DNA of 64,000 nt from contig NIVC01002752.1 in the NCBI GenBank assembly GCA_002269645.1, forward strand, positions 1 through 64,000, read 5' to 3'. Source of the stretch: Macrostomum lignano (Eukaryota). Shown one piece after another: positions 63,922-64,000 of the stretch. The notes beneath the pieces were generated by a model that was not told where the DNA came from, did no database searches, and worked only from the letters and a program-made list of their open reading frames with translations. Made by a program: the position numbers and the translations under genes. Within the stretch, counting starts at the first letter, position 1. The number at the start of each line of letters is the position of its first letter.

Positions 63922-64000
63922 ATTTAAAGCCAGTCAAATTGTCTCAAATCGCGTTGTAATCTTGTGCAAACGGGACCGGACACTTGTCTTGAATACTCAT

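Overview
Eukaryotic (animal, invertebrate) genomic DNA with AT-rich introns and intergenic sequence and GC-rich exons. The style (minisatellite-filled introns, intronless housekeeping genes with a splice acceptor just before the ATG) is reminiscent of a free-living flatworm such as Macrostomum, but that assignment is inference only. Genes: an intronless acidic prothymosin-like ORF (+, 2833-3318); a PKA catalytic subunit gene (-, 9250-22090) with two alternative first coding exons, a GC-AG intron and Ala at the Ser338-equivalent turn motif; then, after about 14 kb of repeats and two decayed RTE-type retrotransposons, a co-oriented + strand cluster Rictor - RPL11 - RPL11 - OSCP1 - RPL27 - UBE2C - RPL27. 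Mobile DNA: a 3.5-kb TTAA-flanked foldback element with 151-bp internal repeats (plus two partial copies), two CORE-type tRNA-derived SINEs, hAT and Harbinger-like MITEs and a subterminal-inverted-repeat element. Best leads: the operon-like, probably trans-spliced cluster; duplicated ribosomal protein genes with identical coding sequence but diverged flanks; a private minisatellite in most large introns; the foldback element; and the unusual PKA-C termini. All exon coordinates were read by eye from splice signals and homology recalled from memory; no search or alignment was run.
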